A DNA stretch of 63,685 bases, the filler included, from an uncultured archaeon (GTDB taxonomy: Archaea > Iainarchaeota > Iainarchaeia > Iainarchaeales > 1-14-0-10-31-34): assembly GCA_964442255.1 (NCBI GenBank). It is 4 parts of 4 records of this genome, joined end to end, with 100 filler letters (N's around TTAATTAATTAA, not from the genome) between each part and the next. Parts side by side here need not be neighbours in the genome. Positions count along the whole stretch, not along the records: positions 1 to 25,619 come from CAYTYC010000021.1; positions 25,720 to 51,315 come from CAYTYC010000022.1; 2 more parts are not named here. One strand, given 5' to 3'. Shown here one piece after another: positions 18,136-27,589 of this stretch. The translations under genes and the position numbers were made by a program. Below the pieces are notes generated by a model that was not told where the DNA came from, searched no databases, and saw only the letters and a list, made by a program, of their open reading frames with translations. Each line of letters begins with the position of its first letter. Within the stretch, counting starts at the first letter, position 1.

Positions 18136-18607
18136 ATCCCATCACCGCCTTCAGTATCCCGCTTTTTATCGTGCTTGCCGCGCTTATTCCCTGGCAGGAA
18201 ATTTCCCCCCCTGAAAACCTTTTCACAAACTCCCCCGCCTTGTCCCCGGCATACCTTATTTCGTCCGCTGTTTTCTCTTTCACGGCCGCAGCCATTGTCG
18301 CATTTCCCAATTCCCCCCGCTTCACCTCTGCAACTTTCGCGTTCTTCGTGACAACCCCCAGGGTTTCCCTGCTTCCATCATCGTATTCAACCGTGACATT
18401 GATTTTTTCGTTCCCGAAGATTGCCCTCAAAAAGAAAGGAATTTTTTCGACCCGCGCATTTATTTTCCCTATTTCCTTGATGCTTTCCTCCTTTAATTCT
18501 CCCCTGTAATCAAATCCCCGCGAAATGCGTTCCTTCAGGTTTCCTGCACTCGCAAAGGAAAACAAAAGCAGGAAGCAAAAGCCCAGAACAAAAATTTTTT
18601 TGTCCAT
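18098..18607 (-). CDS. Secreted hypothetical protein
   Basis: N-terminal signal peptide MDKKIFVLGFCFLLLFSFASA. Confidence 0.7.
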   Translation of the reverse strand: MDKKIFVLGFCFLLLFSFASAGNLKERISRGFDYRGELKEESIKEIGKINARVEKIPFFLRAIFGNEKINVTVEYDDGSRETLGVVTKNAKVAEVKRGELGNATMAAAVKEKTADEIRYAGDKAGEFVKRFSGGEISCQGISAASTIKSGILKAVMGFISVFQSPWPQA

Positions 18608-18643
18608 CCAATTAATTAGTGTCCTTCCGCATTTTTATAACTT

Positions 18644-18913
18644 TCACCGAACCGGGCAGGTGTTTTTTTCCATTGAACTGAAGTCCAGCTTTTTTTCCCA
18701 TTCCATTGCCTTTCCCCAGTAATTTTTCCTTAAATAGTATTTTGTCGGGTATCCGCTTCTTTTCTCCACTACGCCTTTCCTTATAAGCCCCTTTACCTTG
18801 TCCCTCATTTCCCGGTACTCAAACCCGTTTTCCTGCAGCAGCTCTTCAATTGTTTTAGGGGTCCTGAGCAATGCAACGGCGACCTCTTTTTCCCTTAAAT
18901 CCAGCGATTCCAT
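18644..18913 (-). CDS. Small winged-helix protein
   Basis: PKTIEEL...VKGLIRKGVVEKRSGYPTKYYL winged-helix pattern. Confidence 0.65.
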   Translation of the reverse strand: MESLDLREKEVAVALLRTPKTIEELLQENGFEYREMRDKVKGLIRKGVVEKRSGYPTKYYLRKNYWGKAMEWEKKLDFSSMEKNTCPVR

Positions 18914-18917
18914 AAAA

Positions 18918-19301
18918 TCAGTATTTAGCCCTTTGTTTAATATAGCTTACCCTTACCTCAACAGCCCTTGCGAATTCTTCCCTTGAATCCAGTTCCTCCA
19001 GCTTGTCCGCGAGGGTGAAGTCCCCCACGCTGTTCCTCACCCACTCGCTGAAATGGCTTCCGCTGCATTTCACGCATTTTTTGAAGTTCTGGTCGTCCAT
19101 TTCCTTCAGCACATTTGCCAGTTCACACAGGCTCTTCACTTCCACGCCTTGTCCAAGCTTTAAATACAAATCCGGGTGCTTTACCTCTGAAAGCATTATC
19201 CTTGCGCACTCCTTGCCCGAATGCCTTTTCAGTTCCGGGTGCTTGAACTCGTACCAAAAATTCTGCAGTTCCCTGAACATCCACTGAAAAATCCGTTTCA
19301 T
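18918..19301 (-). CDS. Hypothetical protein, DUF5752-like
   Basis: VKSLCELANVLKEMD...HFSEWVRNSVGDFTLADKL pattern. Confidence 0.6.
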   Translation of the reverse strand: MKRIFQWMFRELQNFWYEFKHPELKRHSGKECARIMLSEVKHPDLYLKLGQGVEVKSLCELANVLKEMDDQNFKKCVKCSGSHFSEWVRNSVGDFTLADKLEELDSREEFARAVEVRVSYIKQRAKY

Positions 19302-19310
19302 TTTTTTTTT

Positions 19311-20309
19311 TCACTTCAACTTTCTAATTTTTGTTTTCGTATTTTTATTCTCTTTTCTTTTAATAAACCTTTCCGCTTCTTTCCATTTCAGCAGGCCCTT
19401 GTTTGTCCCCACGTGCTGAATTACCGAGCACGCATTTGCTGACCCGAACTTCAGCGCCTTTTCCAGTGAGCCTGTTTTAATCAGCCCGCTCAAGAATCCC
19501 GAGCCGAATGCGTCCCCTGCGCCTGTGCTGTCCTCTATTTTCACGTTGTATGGCTTTTTTTCAAGGATCACCGAACCGTCGCTTACAAGCTCTTTTTTCG
19601 GCCCTTCAGTGACCGCAACCAGCTCAGCCCCCGCCTCATGCGCCTTTTCAATCGCATCCTCAGCATCACTTTTTCCGGTAAAGGAGGTGATTTCGTAGTT
19701 GTTCAGCAACAATACAGCGGTTTTCCTGAGCAGTGGCTTCATTTTTTTGAACCCGTGTTTTCTCTGCTGCGAACCCGGGTTAAACATTATTTTTATTCCG
19801 TTCTTTTTCGCGAACCTAAAAAGTTTTTCCAGCAATCCCCCCAATTCGCCTTTTGATGCAAAAGAGCTAACATACATCCACTTTGTTTTTTTCAGTTCCT
19901 TCCAGTTCACTTTCCTTGCTTCCAGCAGATTGTTTGCCCCCCTGTAAACAAGAACTGTCCTGTCCGCATTTGATTTCCTTAAAATAACCGAAAAGCCGCT
20001 GCTTTCCTCTTTGCATTCCATCAAAAGCCTTTCGCTTATCCCTTCTTTTTCCATTCTCTGCATGGCCTTTTCCGCTATTAAATCCTTTCCCATGTTTGCG
20101 CATATTCCCGCTTTCAGCCCCATTCTGCTGAACCCTGTCGCTGAATTTAATGCCCCTCCCCCCAAATCAAACCTTACGTCCTTTAACTCGATTTTTCTCC
20201 CGAACGGAAAGCAGATGTCCCTTTCCCTGTGGTCTTTTATCAGGTGAAATGTTTTGGAGGAAACAAACACGTCCTCTGTAACAGAACCAAAACTAACCAC
20301 ATCATACAT
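19311..20309 (-). CDS. PfkB-family carbohydrate kinase
   Basis: GGGALNSA, FNPG, LLLNNYE, DSTGAGDAFGSG. Confidence 0.92.
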   Translation of the reverse strand: MYDVVSFGSVTEDVFVSSKTFHLIKDHRERDICFPFGRKIELKDVRFDLGGGALNSATGFSRMGLKAGICANMGKDLIAEKAMQRMEKEGISERLLMECKEESSGFSVILRKSNADRTVLVYRGANNLLEARKVNWKELKKTKWMYVSSFASKGELGGLLEKLFRFAKKNGIKIMFNPGSQQRKHGFKKMKPLLRKTAVLLLNNYEITSFTGKSDAEDAIEKAHEAGAELVAVTEGPKKELVSDGSVILEKKPYNVKIEDSTGAGDAFGSGFLSGLIKTGSLEKALKFGSANACSVIQHVGTNKGLLKWKEAERFIKRKENKNTKTKIRKLK

Positions 20310-20333
20310 TGCATGAATTAGGTTGTTTCTGAT

Positions 20334-20867
20334 TTATATTTTTTCCCCCATGGCCTCAAACAATTCTTTCTCCATTTCCTTCACAATCCTTTCTGTTTTG
20401 TTTATTTTATCCAGGATTTTTCCCGAAATTTTTCCGTACCTTTCCCTCATGTACCCGTACCTTTCATCCAATGAAACCGTTCCCTCCGGGTTCACCCTTT
20501 TATCGGCGTAAAAAACGATTTTTTCCTCCCAGCTTTTTGGCTTCATTTTTTCATCAAGCACCGACTCCAGCACATGCTTTCTCGCAATCCACGCAACCTT
20601 CCCAAACCCTTTTCCGCTTAAAACCTCGAAAGCCTTTTTTCCATGCAAAGGCTTGTTTTTCAGCGCATCCATTTTGTCGGCATCATGCAGCAGCGCACCC
20701 GCCTTCACCAAACCCAAATCCACTTTCACTCCCCTTGCAATCAATTTTTCCGCAATTTTTTCGCCCAGCTTTTCCACCCTTTTTGAGTGTTCAATGAGCT
20801 CCCTGCCTGCCCCGCATTCCTTCAGGATTTCAATGCATTCTTTTTCCGAAGGAATTTTTTCTTTCAT
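20334..20867 (-). CDS. HD (HDIG) domain phosphohydrolase
   Basis: EHSKRV, ALLHD, EEKIVFYADK. Confidence 0.88.
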   Translation of the reverse strand: MKEKIPSEKECIEILKECGAGRELIEHSKRVEKLGEKIAEKLIARGVKVDLGLVKAGALLHDADKMDALKNKPLHGKKAFEVLSGKGFGKVAWIARKHVLESVLDEKMKPKSWEEKIVFYADKRVNPEGTVSLDERYGYMRERYGKISGKILDKINKTERIVKEMEKELFEAMGEKI

Positions 20868-21077
20868 TTTTTCACTTGAATTATTCTGAAAAATTCTGAA
20901 AAAAAGTTTTTCTTTTTTTTTTCCTTTTTGGTTTCCCGGGATTTTCCTTAAACATTTTCCCTGAAAAAACTTTTTTTCCGTTCAGCTCTTTTTCCGGGAC
21001 AGGCTTTCTTTCTTCCCTTTTCTTTGTATCTTTTCTTAGCCGAGGCTTTTAAACCTTTTTCAGCCATTTAAATCCCT

Positions 21078-22448
21078 ATGCCCAAGCTTAACCCCGGAAT
21101 TTTCCGCGAATACGACATCCGCGGAATCGTGGATGAAGACCTCAATGAAGAAACCTACCTGCTTTTGGGAAAGGCCTTCGGGACCTTCATTAAGCGCAAG
21201 GGCGGAAAAAAAGTGTGCGTGTGCAGGGACAACCGTTTGAGTTCAGGAAAATTCGCCGAATCTTTGGTAAAAGGAATCAATTCCACGGGGGTAAGCGTCC
21301 TTGACATCGGCGAAAACCCTGTGCCTTTAAGCTACTTCACTGTACTGAAAAAATCCTTGGACGGCGCCGCAACGGTGACGGCCTCCCACAACCCCATTGA
21401 ATTCAACGGATTAAAGCTTGCCTATAAGCATATGAGTTTGTTCGGTGAAAGCATACAGAAAATGCGTGAATTGATTGAATCGAATGATTTTGATTCAGGG
21501 AAGGGAAAAACCGAATCCTTTTCGCCGGAAAAACTTTACATTGAGGAAATCTGCTCCAAAATCAGGTTAAAAAAGAAACTCAAGGTTGTTCTCGATTGCG
21601 GCAACGGCACTGCCTCCGCTCTTGGCCCTAAATTCCTCCGCGCGCTTGGCTGTGAGGTAATTGAATTGTACTGTAATTCGGATGGTTCCTTTCCCAACCA
21701 CTTGCCTGACCCCACTCGTGAAGAGCTGATGAAGGATTTGATGAAAAAAGTGGCTGAAGAAAAGGCTGACCTCGGAATAGGCTTTGACGGCGACGGCGAC
21801 AGAATTGGCGCAGTCAACGAGAAAGGCGAACTCGTGTTTCCTGACAAAATACTGGTTTTGTTTGCCCGTGAAATCCTCTCAAAAAACCCCGGCGCAAAAA
21901 TAATAATCGAGGTGAAGTGCACGCAGGCACTGATTGAGGAGGTTGAGAAGCATGGCGGAAAGCCAATCCTCTGGAAAACCGGCTACTCCCTTATAGAGGA
22001 AAAAATGCGCCAGGAATCCGCGCTCCTTGCAGGGGAAATGTCCGGGCACGTGTACTTTGCCGACGAATTCTACGGATTCAACGACGCACTGTATGCGGCA
22101 GCAAGGCTTCTCCGCATTGTTTCAGAAAAGGGAAAGCCTTTCTCTGAACTGTTCTCCGATATCCCAAAATATTTTTCCACCCCTGAGCTCCGTATTGATT
22201 ATCCTGAGGAAGAAAAATTTGAGCTAATAAAGAAGCTTGTTTCAGCGTTTAAGGCGGAGCACGAGGTAATCGGCATTGACGGCGCAAGGGTTTTGTTTCC
22301 CGAAGGCTGGGCTTTGGTCAGGGCGTCAAACACGCAGCCCAAAATAATTGTGCGCATTGAGTCAAAAACCAGGGAAGGGCTGGAAAAAATCCGTGCAATT
22401 GTGCGGAAGAAAATAAATGAATTCAGTTTCCGCAAAATAGATTTCTGA
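21078..22448 (+). CDS. Phosphomannomutase/phosphoglucomutase
   Basis: IFREYDIRG, TASHNP, FDGDGDR, GEMSGH, VRASNTQP. Confidence 0.95.
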   Translation: MPKLNPGIFREYDIRGIVDEDLNEETYLLLGKAFGTFIKRKGGKKVCVCRDNRLSSGKFAESLVKGINSTGVSVLDIGENPVPLSYFTVLKKSLDGAATVTASHNPIEFNGLKLAYKHMSLFGESIQKMRELIESNDFDSGKGKTESFSPEKLYIEEICSKIRLKKKLKVVLDCGNGTASALGPKFLRALGCEVIELYCNSDGSFPNHLPDPTREELMKDLMKKVAEEKADLGIGFDGDGDRIGAVNEKGELVFPDKILVLFAREILSKNPGAKIIIEVKCTQALIEEVEKHGGKPILWKTGYSLIEEKMRQESALLAGEMSGHVYFADEFYGFNDALYAAARLLRIVSEKGKPFSELFSDIPKYFSTPELRIDYPEEEKFELIKKLVSAFKAEHEVIGIDGARVLFPEGWALVRASNTQPKIIVRIESKTREGLEKIRAIVRKKINEFSFRKIDF

Positions 22449-22456
22449 GTTTTCCC

Positions 22457-22555
22457 TCAAATGAACATTCCAACAGCAAACCCTGTGATTATCCCCAGCT
22501 CCAACCCGAATATCCCGAAAACCATTACCTTGTTTCTTTCCATGAATCCAGCCAT
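22457..22555 (-). CDS. Putative 32-aa single-TM microprotein (MAGFMERNKVMVFGIFGLELGIITGFAVGMFI)
   Basis: Read by hand. Strong AGGTGAT RBS just upstream of the ATG; one hydrophobic helix with a Gly repeat. Confidence 0.6.
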   Translation of the reverse strand: MAGFMERNKVMVFGIFGLELGIITGFAVGMFI

Positions 22556-22607
22556 TGCTTATCACCTGAAACTTAATGTGTTTCTTTTGTATTTAATTCT
22601 TTCCCGG

Positions 22608-22636
22608 AAACTTTTTTCCAAAAAGTTTCATCAAAA
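22608..22636. repeat. Dispersed ~29-bp palindromic repeat, family B
   Basis: aaacttttttccaaaaagtttcatcaaaa. Relatives at 25509-25594 (x3), 51437-51463 and, reversed, 15141-15168. Confidence 0.75.
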
Positions 22637-24007
22637 AGCGGCTTTAAGTTTTTTCCCGAGCTTTTCCAGGAATTTTTCTTTTTGTGTTTTCCTTATCCTG
22701 CATCCCGCCGCGATTTTGTGCCCGCCGCCTTCCGCGCCTTCCCCCAATTCCGTGCAGATTTCCCGGAACATTTTCCCAATATTCAGCCCTTTTTCCACTA
22801 ACCCTTGTGTGCCGCGTCCGCTTACCTTGAAAAACGCTTCATTTTGTTCCGCAAACGCGATTATCGGCTTTCCCCTGATTATTCCTCCCCCGTAAAGCAT
22901 TCCCGCAACTATTCCGACAATTTCTTCCTTTATTTTGTTTCCTGAATCAAAGAAATAAAAATTTTCCTTTTCCTTCACGCCGTTTTCCTGCACAAACCCT
23001 ATTCCTTCCTTGAGTTGTTTCCTGTGTTCCGCAAGCAGGGCAAGCGCCTTTCCGTACCCTTCTCTGCGGTCCCCTTTGCATACGCTTAAACCCACTTCAC
23101 CCATTCCGTGCCTTCCGCACGCATTCAATAGTGTGCTGTACTCTTTTGCGTCCCTTAGCACTGTCCCCGGCTTTTCCTTTAAAAGGGTGTAAACCTCCCC
23201 AATAAGGCTTTTTGCCTTCCGTTCGCTTTCCCCGTCCAAAACCATTCGAGTAAGAAGCGCGTTTGCAAACCTTTTTTTTCCTTCTTTTCCCAGTTCTTCG
23301 TATGAACCCCATTTTTTGCCTTCTTTGGGTGAAAAGCCGTTTTCATTCAAAAACTTTTTGCATCCTTCCTCGTTTGCCGTCAGCCCCGGGAGAAAAGGGT
23401 TTGAAGCAAACACCAGAAACTGGGTTAACGGCCGGCTTACCCTTCCATACAGCCTTAAGTCGTTTTCCTTTTTCACCAGCCCTTTTTCTTCCGCTTCACC
23501 CAAAATTTTCCTGTTTTCCCCCAACAATTTTCCGCTTGAATCCTGCATGTCCCCCACTGCGCCCACAATTGCAAGCGGCGCCAGGTCAGCGTTCCATGCG
23601 TCCATTTCCTTTGCAACTAAGTAAGCCGCCCCTGCGCCGCTTAATTCAGTGCCTCCGTCCACCCCGTGTTGCATTGGGTTGAATTCCCGCATTATTTTTT
23701 TTTCCGTGGGCTGGTGGTGGTCTATTACCGCAATTTTTTTCCCGAATTTTTTGACCAGAAGCTCTTTTTGCCCTGAACCGAAATCCAGAAAAACGTGGTT
23801 TTTTCCTTTTCCCCTTATTTCTTCAATGGTTTCAGTGTAAAGCTGTTTCACGGGAATTGGAGTGAACTTTTTTTCCTCCCTTTCCAGTGCCCTGCACATT
23901 ATTCCGCCTGCGCTCAAACCGTCAGCGTCAATGTGATGGACAACCGCAATTTCGTTCATTTCCTTTACCGCTTCAGCAACTTCTTTTGCCTTTTCCTTTA
24001 GCCCCAT
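22631..24007 (-). CDS. Archaeal RecJ-like DHH/DHHA1 phosphoesterase
   Basis: HHIDADG, FLDFGSG, IDHH, GAVGDMQ, LLNACGR, GGGHKIAAG. Confidence 0.92.
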   Translation of the reverse strand: MGLKEKAKEVAEAVKEMNEIAVVHHIDADGLSAGGIMCRALEREEKKFTPIPVKQLYTETIEEIRGKGKNHVFLDFGSGQKELLVKKFGKKIAVIDHHQPTEKKIMREFNPMQHGVDGGTELSGAGAAYLVAKEMDAWNADLAPLAIVGAVGDMQDSSGKLLGENRKILGEAEEKGLVKKENDLRLYGRVSRPLTQFLVFASNPFLPGLTANEEGCKKFLNENGFSPKEGKKWGSYEELGKEGKKRFANALLTRMVLDGESERKAKSLIGEVYTLLKEKPGTVLRDAKEYSTLLNACGRHGMGEVGLSVCKGDRREGYGKALALLAEHRKQLKEGIGFVQENGVKEKENFYFFDSGNKIKEEIVGIVAGMLYGGGIIRGKPIIAFAEQNEAFFKVSGRGTQGLVEKGLNIGKMFREICTELGEGAEGGGHKIAAGCRIRKTQKEKFLEKLGKKLKAAF

Positions 24008-24115
24008 ACATACCTTTTTTTCCCGGGAGTTCTTTTATTCCTTTTCCGGCCTTTTTTCCTTTCATTCAATAGCCTTTTTATTGGGTTTCCTGGAAAGACT
24101 TTTTAGTGGGTTGAA

Positions 24116-25420
24116 ATGGGTTTCCTGGAAAAAATTTTTGGCGGAAAAAAGCCCGAGGAAAGGCCTTCCAAACCATTTTTTTTGGGGGAAGTTCCCGAAC
24201 TCCTTGATTCCCGCGCCAGGGAAGAATTTCAGGGATTGGAGAAAAAGGTTTTCAGCAAGTTTGCGGAAATAAAGCATTCCTTGCGCGAGCTGGATTCCCT
24301 CCTCAAGGAATTCAATGAAAAGGATTTAAGCACCGAAGAAGGAAACAAGCGCTTAAGGAAAATTGTTTCAACCTCCAAGAAAAGCGTTTACGCGAAAATG
24401 TCCTCTCTTTTGAAAAAGCTTGAGCCTCCTTCCGTGCATGAGTTCCGCGCGTTAAAGGATTATTCCACGAACGCGAATTCCTTGATTGACTCCGAGCTCA
24501 AAACTTTTGCGAGAACCATTTCCTACACTGGAATAGTGATGAAAGAGGAAATGAAGGGAATCGGGAAAAAAATCCAGGGCCTCAAAAAGCAGTTCACCGA
24601 GCTTGAGGAATTGTTTAAGTCATCTTCCTTTGAAAAGGCATTTTCCCTGAAGGAGTCCGCGGAATCCCTTTCTTCACTGAAAAAATCAATTGAATCCGGC
24701 GAAAAAACCCTTTCATCCCTTGAATCCGGGATTTCCTCAAAGGAAGCGGAACTCAAAAAAGCCAGGGAAAGCCTTTCTTCTTTTGACTCTTCCCCAGAGC
24801 TTTCGGAGTTCAGGGAACTGAATGGAAAAAAGCGTTCCTTTCTTGAAAAAAAATCGGAACTCAAAAACCGGTTCCTCCAGCTCCTTTCCCCTGTGGACAA
24901 GCCCTTGAAGCGCTTCTCCAAGCTCGTGGAAAGCGGGCAGTTTCCTTTGGAGAAAGAGGAGGAGGAATTCCTTTTCTCCTATAAGTCCGAGCCTTTTTCC
25001 GCTTTCAGGAAGGACCCAAAGGCGGTGAGGCTGAAGCGCATTCTTTCCCAGCTCAAGAAACTCGTGAAAGACAATACCCTTTCCCTGAAGGAAAAGGAGA
25101 AAGAGAAAAAGCTTTCCGCAATTGATGAACTGATGGAAACCGATTTTTTTGGCGAACTGTTCTGGGAAACCAACCGCATTGACTCTGAAATTAATGCAAT
25201 TGAGAAAAGGCTTTCCCAAAGCAATGCCTTCAGAAAGCGCCAGGAACTGGAATCAGGGGTTAAATCCCTTGAATCGGTTCTTTCCTCCCTTAAGGAATCT
25301 TTTTCCAAATCCGGGCCTTCTCCGCAGGAATTGAGGAAAAAATTGGGGGAAAAGAGGGCGGAGCTTGAATCAGAATTGTCCGAGTTTTTTGGCGCCGAGG
25401 TTTCCCTTAAAGGAACTTGA
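24116..25420 (+). CDS. Coiled-coil hypothetical protein
   Basis: 434 aa with L/E/K/S heptad periodicity; no ATPase motif seen. Confidence 0.75.
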   Translation: MGFLEKIFGGKKPEERPSKPFFLGEVPELLDSRAREEFQGLEKKVFSKFAEIKHSLRELDSLLKEFNEKDLSTEEGNKRLRKIVSTSKKSVYAKMSSLLKKLEPPSVHEFRALKDYSTNANSLIDSELKTFARTISYTGIVMKEEMKGIGKKIQGLKKQFTELEELFKSSSFEKAFSLKESAESLSSLKKSIESGEKTLSSLESGISSKEAELKKARESLSSFDSSPELSEFRELNGKKRSFLEKKSELKNRFLQLLSPVDKPLKRFSKLVESGQFPLEKEEEEFLFSYKSEPFSAFRKDPKAVRLKRILSQLKKLVKDNTLSLKEKEKEKKLSAIDELMETDFFGELFWETNRIDSEINAIEKRLSQSNAFRKRQELESGVKSLESVLSSLKESFSKSGPSPQELRKKLGEKRAELESELSEFFGAEVSLKGT

Positions 25421-25450
25421 TTTAAGGAAAAAAATCAGGGAATCAGGTTA

Positions 25451-25510
25451 TTAACAACCCAAAAAAATCCGCTGCCTTCAGGCAGCGGTCTGCGGATTTC
25501 TTCCCAAAAA
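25451..25510. repeat. Dispersed ~60-bp palindromic element, family A (copy 1)
   Basis: ttaacaacccaaaaaaatccgctgccttcaggcagcggtctgcggatttcttcccaaaaa; nested inverted repeats ccgctgcc/ggcagcgg and aaatccgc/gcggattt. Confidence 0.85.
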
Positions 25511-25594
25511 ACTTTTTCAAAAAAGTTTTATCAAAACAAACTTTTTTCCAAAAAGTTTGATCAAAAGAAACTTTTCAAAAAAGTTTCATCAAAA
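25509..25594. repeat. Three tandem copies of palindromic repeat family B
   Basis: aaactttt..aaaaagttt.atcaaaa three times, directly after element A. Confidence 0.8.
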
Positions 25595-25849
25595 CATGAA
25601 TCTCACACAGGGTCAGGGGNNNNNNNNNNNNNNNNNNNNNNNNNNNNNNNNNNNNNNNNNNNNTTAATTAATTAANNNNNNNNNNNNNNNNNNNNNNNNN
25701 NNNNNNNNNNNNNNNNNNNTTTTTTTTTTTTTGCGTTCCCAGCGGCCCGTACTTCAGCGGTTTTTTTGTGTTCATTCCCTCCGCTTTCATTTCCTTTTCC
25801 AGGGAGGATGGGGCAGTACTGGAAATGAACCTCCCTTTTTTCATCCACC

Positions 25850-25959
25850 CAGCCCTTTCCCGCCGCCAATTTCACTAAGGAAGCGCCAATTTTCCGCCGC
25901 CATTTCGGGGCAAAAGCGCCAGCAGACTTTTCCACCGCCAATTTCACTAAGGAAGCGCC
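25850..25959. repeat. Repeat-insert-repeat unit: ~37-38-bp direct repeats (25850-25887, 25923-25959) around 35 bp
   Basis: The 25-bp core ccgccaatttcactaaggaagcgcc is identical at 25863 and 25935; the 5' part is degenerate. The insert partly resembles the repeat. Confidence 0.7.
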
Positions 25960-25972
25960 CAATGCAAATGCA

Positions 25973-27478
25973 TTAACAGGCCCTTTCCACGTTTTTCTTT
26001 TCACCCGGACTATTTAACCGCATCCGTGTTAAAAAATTTTTTTTTTCCTTTCGGCCTGCCCGGAAGGCGGGCTGTTTTTTCTTTTCCAGGTTTGGCTTTA
26101 CAGTGAAGGAAGGTGAAAACAGTTTCCTGATTTCCTTTTCGCTTAACAGCCTTTTTTCCCGCACAACTTCAAGAATTGTTCTGTTCTTCCCCCGGGCCTC
26201 TTTAACAACTTCTGCGGCTTTTTCGTATCCAACAAACCTGTTCAGAATTGTTCCCATCCCCAAACTTTTCTCAAAGTAGTCCCTTGAGGCCTTTTCATTC
26301 ACCTTCAGCCCGCGCACGCACTTTGAGTCAAACGCCTTCACCGCATTCTTCAGAATTTTAAGCGACTGAACCAGATTCAATCCAACCAGCGGGGCGGTGA
26401 AATTCAATTCCAACTGGGAAGAGCCTGCCGCAAGCTCAATTGTTTTGTTGTTTCCCGCAACCTGAAAGCAAACCATGTTCACCATTTCCGGCACGGATGG
26501 ATTGATTTTCCCCGGCATAATGGATGAACCGGGTTCAGCCTCCGGCAGCTTCACTTCCCCAAGTCCGGTGTTCGGGCCTGAGGAAAGCAGCCTTAAATCG
26601 TTTGCAATCCTGTTTAATTCCACGCCCAATTCGTTCAATGAATTTGAAAAACTCAGGAAATCCGCATAGCTTTGGGTTGCGTCCACAAAATTTTCCGCGC
26701 TTTCAAACTTCACTCCTGCAAGCCTTCCCAAATGCCTCACTGCCTTCCCGTTAAACTTCGGCGCTGCACCAAAGCCCGTTCCAATCGCAGTTCCCCCGAT
26801 GCTCAGCTTCCTTAAACCCAAAACTTCTTTTTCCACCGCCTTCCTTTTTTTTCCCAGAGAAAACGCGTACGCATTGAATACCTGTTTCCATGAAACCGGA
26901 ACAGCGTCCTGCAAATGCGTTCTCCCGCTTTTCACAATCCTGCCGTATTTTCCCGCAAGCCTTTTGAAGCTTTTTTCCAGCCCTGAAACATTTTCAACCA
27001 ATTCCAGCGCCATTGGAACGCCTGCAACCCTTACGGCGGTTGGAACCACGTTGTTGCTGCTCTGGCACAGGTTCACGTGGTCGTTTGGATGCACGGGCTT
27101 GTATGTTCCCTTTTTTCCCCCAAGCAAAACATTTGCCTTGTTTGCAAGGACTTCGTTTGCGTTCATATTGTAAGGAGTGCCGGCTCCCGCCTGAAACACG
27201 TCCAGGGGAAATTCTTTCCAGTCCTTTTCCCGCACAATTCTCCTGCCTGCTTTGGAAACCGCTTTTCCTGTTTTTGGCGCAAGAAGCCCGAGTTCCGTGT
27301 TTGCTTTTGCTGAAGCGATTTTCACGTAAAGCAGCGCCTCCAAAAACTCTTTGCCTGCTTTCTCCCCGCTTATTGGAAAGTTTTCTTTCGCGCGCTGTGT
27401 GAAGATTCCGTAAAACGCCTCGTTTGGGACTTTTTTTTTCCCAAGGGAATCCTTTTCTTCCCTGAATGAATTTGCCAT
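25973..27478 (-). CDS. Class II fumarate hydratase / aspartate ammonia-lyase
   Basis: FQAGAGT..NMNANEV, HPNDHVN, GRTHLQDA, signature GSSIMPGKINP. FumC versus AspA is not resolved. Confidence 0.92.
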   Translation of the reverse strand: MANSFREEKDSLGKKKVPNEAFYGIFTQRAKENFPISGEKAGKEFLEALLYVKIASAKANTELGLLAPKTGKAVSKAGRRIVREKDWKEFPLDVFQAGAGTPYNMNANEVLANKANVLLGGKKGTYKPVHPNDHVNLCQSSNNVVPTAVRVAGVPMALELVENVSGLEKSFKRLAGKYGRIVKSGRTHLQDAVPVSWKQVFNAYAFSLGKKRKAVEKEVLGLRKLSIGGTAIGTGFGAAPKFNGKAVRHLGRLAGVKFESAENFVDATQSYADFLSFSNSLNELGVELNRIANDLRLLSSGPNTGLGEVKLPEAEPGSSIMPGKINPSVPEMVNMVCFQVAGNNKTIELAAGSSQLELNFTAPLVGLNLVQSLKILKNAVKAFDSKCVRGLKVNEKASRDYFEKSLGMGTILNRFVGYEKAAEVVKEARGKNRTILEVVREKRLLSEKEIRKLFSPSFTVKPNLEKKKQPAFRAGRKEKKNFLTRMRLNSPGEKKNVERAC

Positions 27479-27589
27479 TGCACCAATTTAATTCAGAACT
27501 TCTTTAAACTTTAGAGGTCCCAATTATGTATAAGTTTGGGCTCTTTTTTTTGCCGTTGTTTTTTTATTTCTTTTTGTTTTGCTTCTTTT

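Noticed and set aside
25620..25719. ttaattaattaa palindrome inside N runs (also at 51316-51415 and 61896-61995)
   Set aside because: Artificial six-frame-stop contig linker, not biological. Adjacency across it is meaningless.
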